Positions 61,929 to 64,000 of a stretch of 64,000 nucleotides of DNA are shown piece after piece; positions within the stretch are counted from its first letter, which is position 1, and every line of letters begins with the position of its first letter. Source of the stretch: an uncultured delta proteobacterium (GTDB taxonomy: Bacteria > Myxococcota_A > Polyangia > Polyangiales > Polyangiaceae); contig CAWDXG010000004.1 of NCBI GenBank assembly GCA_963806225.1, forward strand, positions 1,632,001 to 1,696,000. The letters run 5' to 3'. The notes beneath the pieces are model-generated. The model saw only the letters and a list, made by a program, of their open reading frames with translations, had not been told where the DNA came from and ran no database searches. Both the position numbers and the translations under genes were made by a program.

Positions 61929-62017
61929 CGGCGTCTATCGTAGCGCGCCCGCCGCACCCGCACACGAGCGACATGCTGGACTCCGCCGCAGCTGTCTGCG
62001 ACCCTGGGGCAGGCTCG

Positions 62018-63985
62018 ATGTACGTGTGTCCCGAATGCGGGAGCAGCTCGGCCGGGGCGGGCTCCTGTACGACCGACGGATCGCGGCTCGTCGCGAGCAG
62101 CGATCCGTTCCTGGGCCAGATGGTCGGCAGCTACCGCGTGGCGCGACTGATCGGCGCGGGCGGCATGGGGCGCGTGTACAAGGGCGTCCAGCCGGCCATC
62201 GGTAGCCGCGTGGCGATCAAGATCCTGTCGCCGGAGTGCGCAGGCAATCCAGGGCTGGTGGAGCGCTTCTTCGCCGAGGCGCGCGCGGTCAATGTGGTCC
62301 GCCACGAGAGCATCGTGAACGTGCTGGACCTGGCGGCGCTGCCCGACGGGCAGCCGTACATCGTCATGGAGTACCTGGACGGCGAGCCGCTGTCGGCGCT
62401 GATCGAGCGCTGCGGCGCGCTGCCGCTGGGCAGCGTGACGCGGTTGATGACGGAGGTGCTCGGCGCGCTCGCCGCGGCGCACCAGCACGGCATCGTCCAC
62501 CGCGATCTGAAGCCGGACAACGTGTTCGTCACCAGCGGCGGCCGCGCCAAGGTGCTCGACTTCGGCATCGCCAAGCTCAAGCCGGGCATCTCCGAGATCC
62601 ACGACGCGACGCGCACGGGCTCGCTGCTGGGCACGCCGCACTACATGTCTCCGGAGCAGGCGGCCGGGCGGCACGTGGACGCGCGCAGCGATCTGTATTC
62701 GGCGGGCGTCATCCTGTTCGAGGCGTCGACCGGACGGCGCGCCTTCGATTCCACGGTGCTGTACGAGCTGCTGCGCCAGCACATCGAACAGCCGCCACCG
62801 TCGCCACGCTCGCTGCGCCCCGAGATCCCGCCGGCGTACGAGCTGTGCGTGCTGCGCGCGCTGGAAAAGGATCCCTCGCGGCGCTTCCAATCGGCCCAGG
62901 AGTTCGCGACCGCCCTCGGACAGGCCGCGCGCTTCCTGCCGGAGAACAGCTGGGTGCCGCTGCCGGTGTCGCGCGGACCGCACGGCACGTCGCCGATGCG
63001 CAGCGTGGCTGCGGCAACGCCGGGCGCTTCCGCATTCCAGCCGGCGCTGGCGCCACCGCGCATCGAGGTCAAGCCGACTGTCGGTGCGCCGTACGCAGGC
63101 CTGCCGACGGGCGCACCGACCCCCGCCGTTCCGTATTCGCCCGCACTGTCGCCAGCGCCGCAGGCGGCCGCGCCGCACTACGCCGGCGGGTATCCGGGCA
63201 GCGTGGCCGGCTACGCCAACACGCTGGGGGGTGCCGCGCCGGCGCGCCGCGAGCGGTCCTTTTTGCCGTACTTCATCATCGGAACCTTCGCGACGCTGAT
63301 GCTGGCGGCCATGGGCACCTGCGTGGCCCTGGTGGGACTCAGCTCGAAGCCGGACACGGAAGAGCGTCGTGCGGACAGCACGCACCGGAACCTGGACACC
63401 GACACGCCGGTGGCCGGCACCAGCGTCGTCAACGGCAACACCGAGCCCAGCGACCCGCACCAGGTGTCCGGCGCCGAGGCGCGCTATTCGGCGAAGCTCA
63501 CGAATCCGAAGCACTTCGACTTCTCCGCCTTCCTGCCAAAGGCCCTGAAGATGGCGCAGCGCCACTACGCGGACGTCGTGCTGGTGCGCCTGGACACCGA
63601 AGGCGTGCGCCCGGACGGCAGCATCGATCTCACGTTCGGCAACAGCAACGTGCTCTACCGGTTCCGATCGCCGTCGGCCTCCAAGCGCCCATCCGGGCTG
63701 CCCGACAACGTGAAGTACAAGGGTCGCTGCGTGGTCTACGTCTCGGTGGACTCGAGCGGCATCAGCTCCTACGTGCCGACCGGCATGGACTGCGACATGC
63801 CCCTCATCGGCATGCCCCACTGCTCGGCCACGCAGGTGTGGCAGCGCGCCGCAGAGCAGGGGGCTCCGAGCGGCAACGTGATCGGCTCGCTCGGCTACTG
63901 GGCGGACGACCAGGGGCACGCGCGCTGGCTCGCCAGCGTGCCGCCGGGGTTCAGCAAGTGGATTCCGGACACCTGCGCGCGCTAG
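62018..63985 (+). CDS. Membrane Ser/Thr protein kinase with N-terminal zinc ribbon; alternative start 61973
   Basis: CPEC..C..DG, IGAGGMG, VAIK, HRDLKPDN, DFG, GTPHYMSPE, TM helix, Cys-containing extracytoplasmic domain. Confidence 0.93.
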   Translation: MYVCPECGSSSAGAGSCTTDGSRLVASSDPFLGQMVGSYRVARLIGAGGMGRVYKGVQPAIGSRVAIKILSPECAGNPGLVERFFAEARAVNVVRHESIVNVLDLAALPDGQPYIVMEYLDGEPLSALIERCGALPLGSVTRLMTEVLGALAAAHQHGIVHRDLKPDNVFVTSGGRAKVLDFGIAKLKPGISEIHDATRTGSLLGTPHYMSPEQAAGRHVDARSDLYSAGVILFEASTGRRAFDSTVLYELLRQHIEQPPPSPRSLRPEIPPAYELCVLRALEKDPSRRFQSAQEFATALGQAARFLPENSWVPLPVSRGPHGTSPMRSVAAATPGASAFQPALAPPRIEVKPTVGAPYAGLPTGAPTPAVPYSPALSPAPQAAAPHYAGGYPGSVAGYANTLGGAAPARRERSFLPYFIIGTFATLMLAAMGTCVALVGLSSKPDTEERRADSTHRNLDTDTPVAGTSVVNGNTEPSDPHQVSGAEARYSAKLTNPKHFDFSAFLPKALKMAQRHYADVVLVRLDTEGVRPDGSIDLTFGNSNVLYRFRSPSASKRPSGLPDNVKYKGRCVVYVSVDSSGISSYVPTGMDCDMPLIGMPHCSATQVWQRAAEQGAPSGNVIGSLGYWADDQGHARWLASVPPGFSKWIPDTCAR

Positions 63986-64000
63986 CCGTCCGCTAGCCGG

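Overview
GC-rich, gene-dense chromosomal segment whose content (three Hanks-type Ser/Thr kinases, many Cys-rich/Gly-Ser-linker lipoproteins, choice-of-anchor-L paralogs, hybrid CheA) points to a Myxococcota (Polyangiales-like) genome. Core genes: argJ, metK, glnB-glnA, ruvB, dtd, HIT, PPi-type phosphofructokinase, tRNA-Thr(CGT). Many genes, including essential metK, are broken by small indels, densest at 32.4-37.5 kb; this is most simply long-read assembly error, so split ORFs are reported as single genes. I see no CRISPR array, rRNA, prophage or intact transposase, and no unambiguous new system. Best leads: (1) a cobalamin riboswitch heading a surface lipoprotein plus TonB-dependent receptor; (2) a 3.8 kb integrase-less islet bounded by tRNA-Thr and a 20-bp duplicate of its 3' end, carrying a secreted Cys protease and a duplicated-domain lipoprotein; (3) an intact histidine kinase coupled to a paralog with a dead ATP-binding domain, behind a Ser/Thr kinase and a GNAT; (4) a Walker-less STAND-like TPR protein coupled to a small coiled-coil protein; (5) an AbiEii-type nucleotidyltransferase with a 76-aa partner in a scar region; (6) a long hairpin in the metK leader and a histone-H1-like MetK tail; (7) a myxobacterial-type LexA box before ruvB. 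All family calls come from motif recognition by eye, not database searches.
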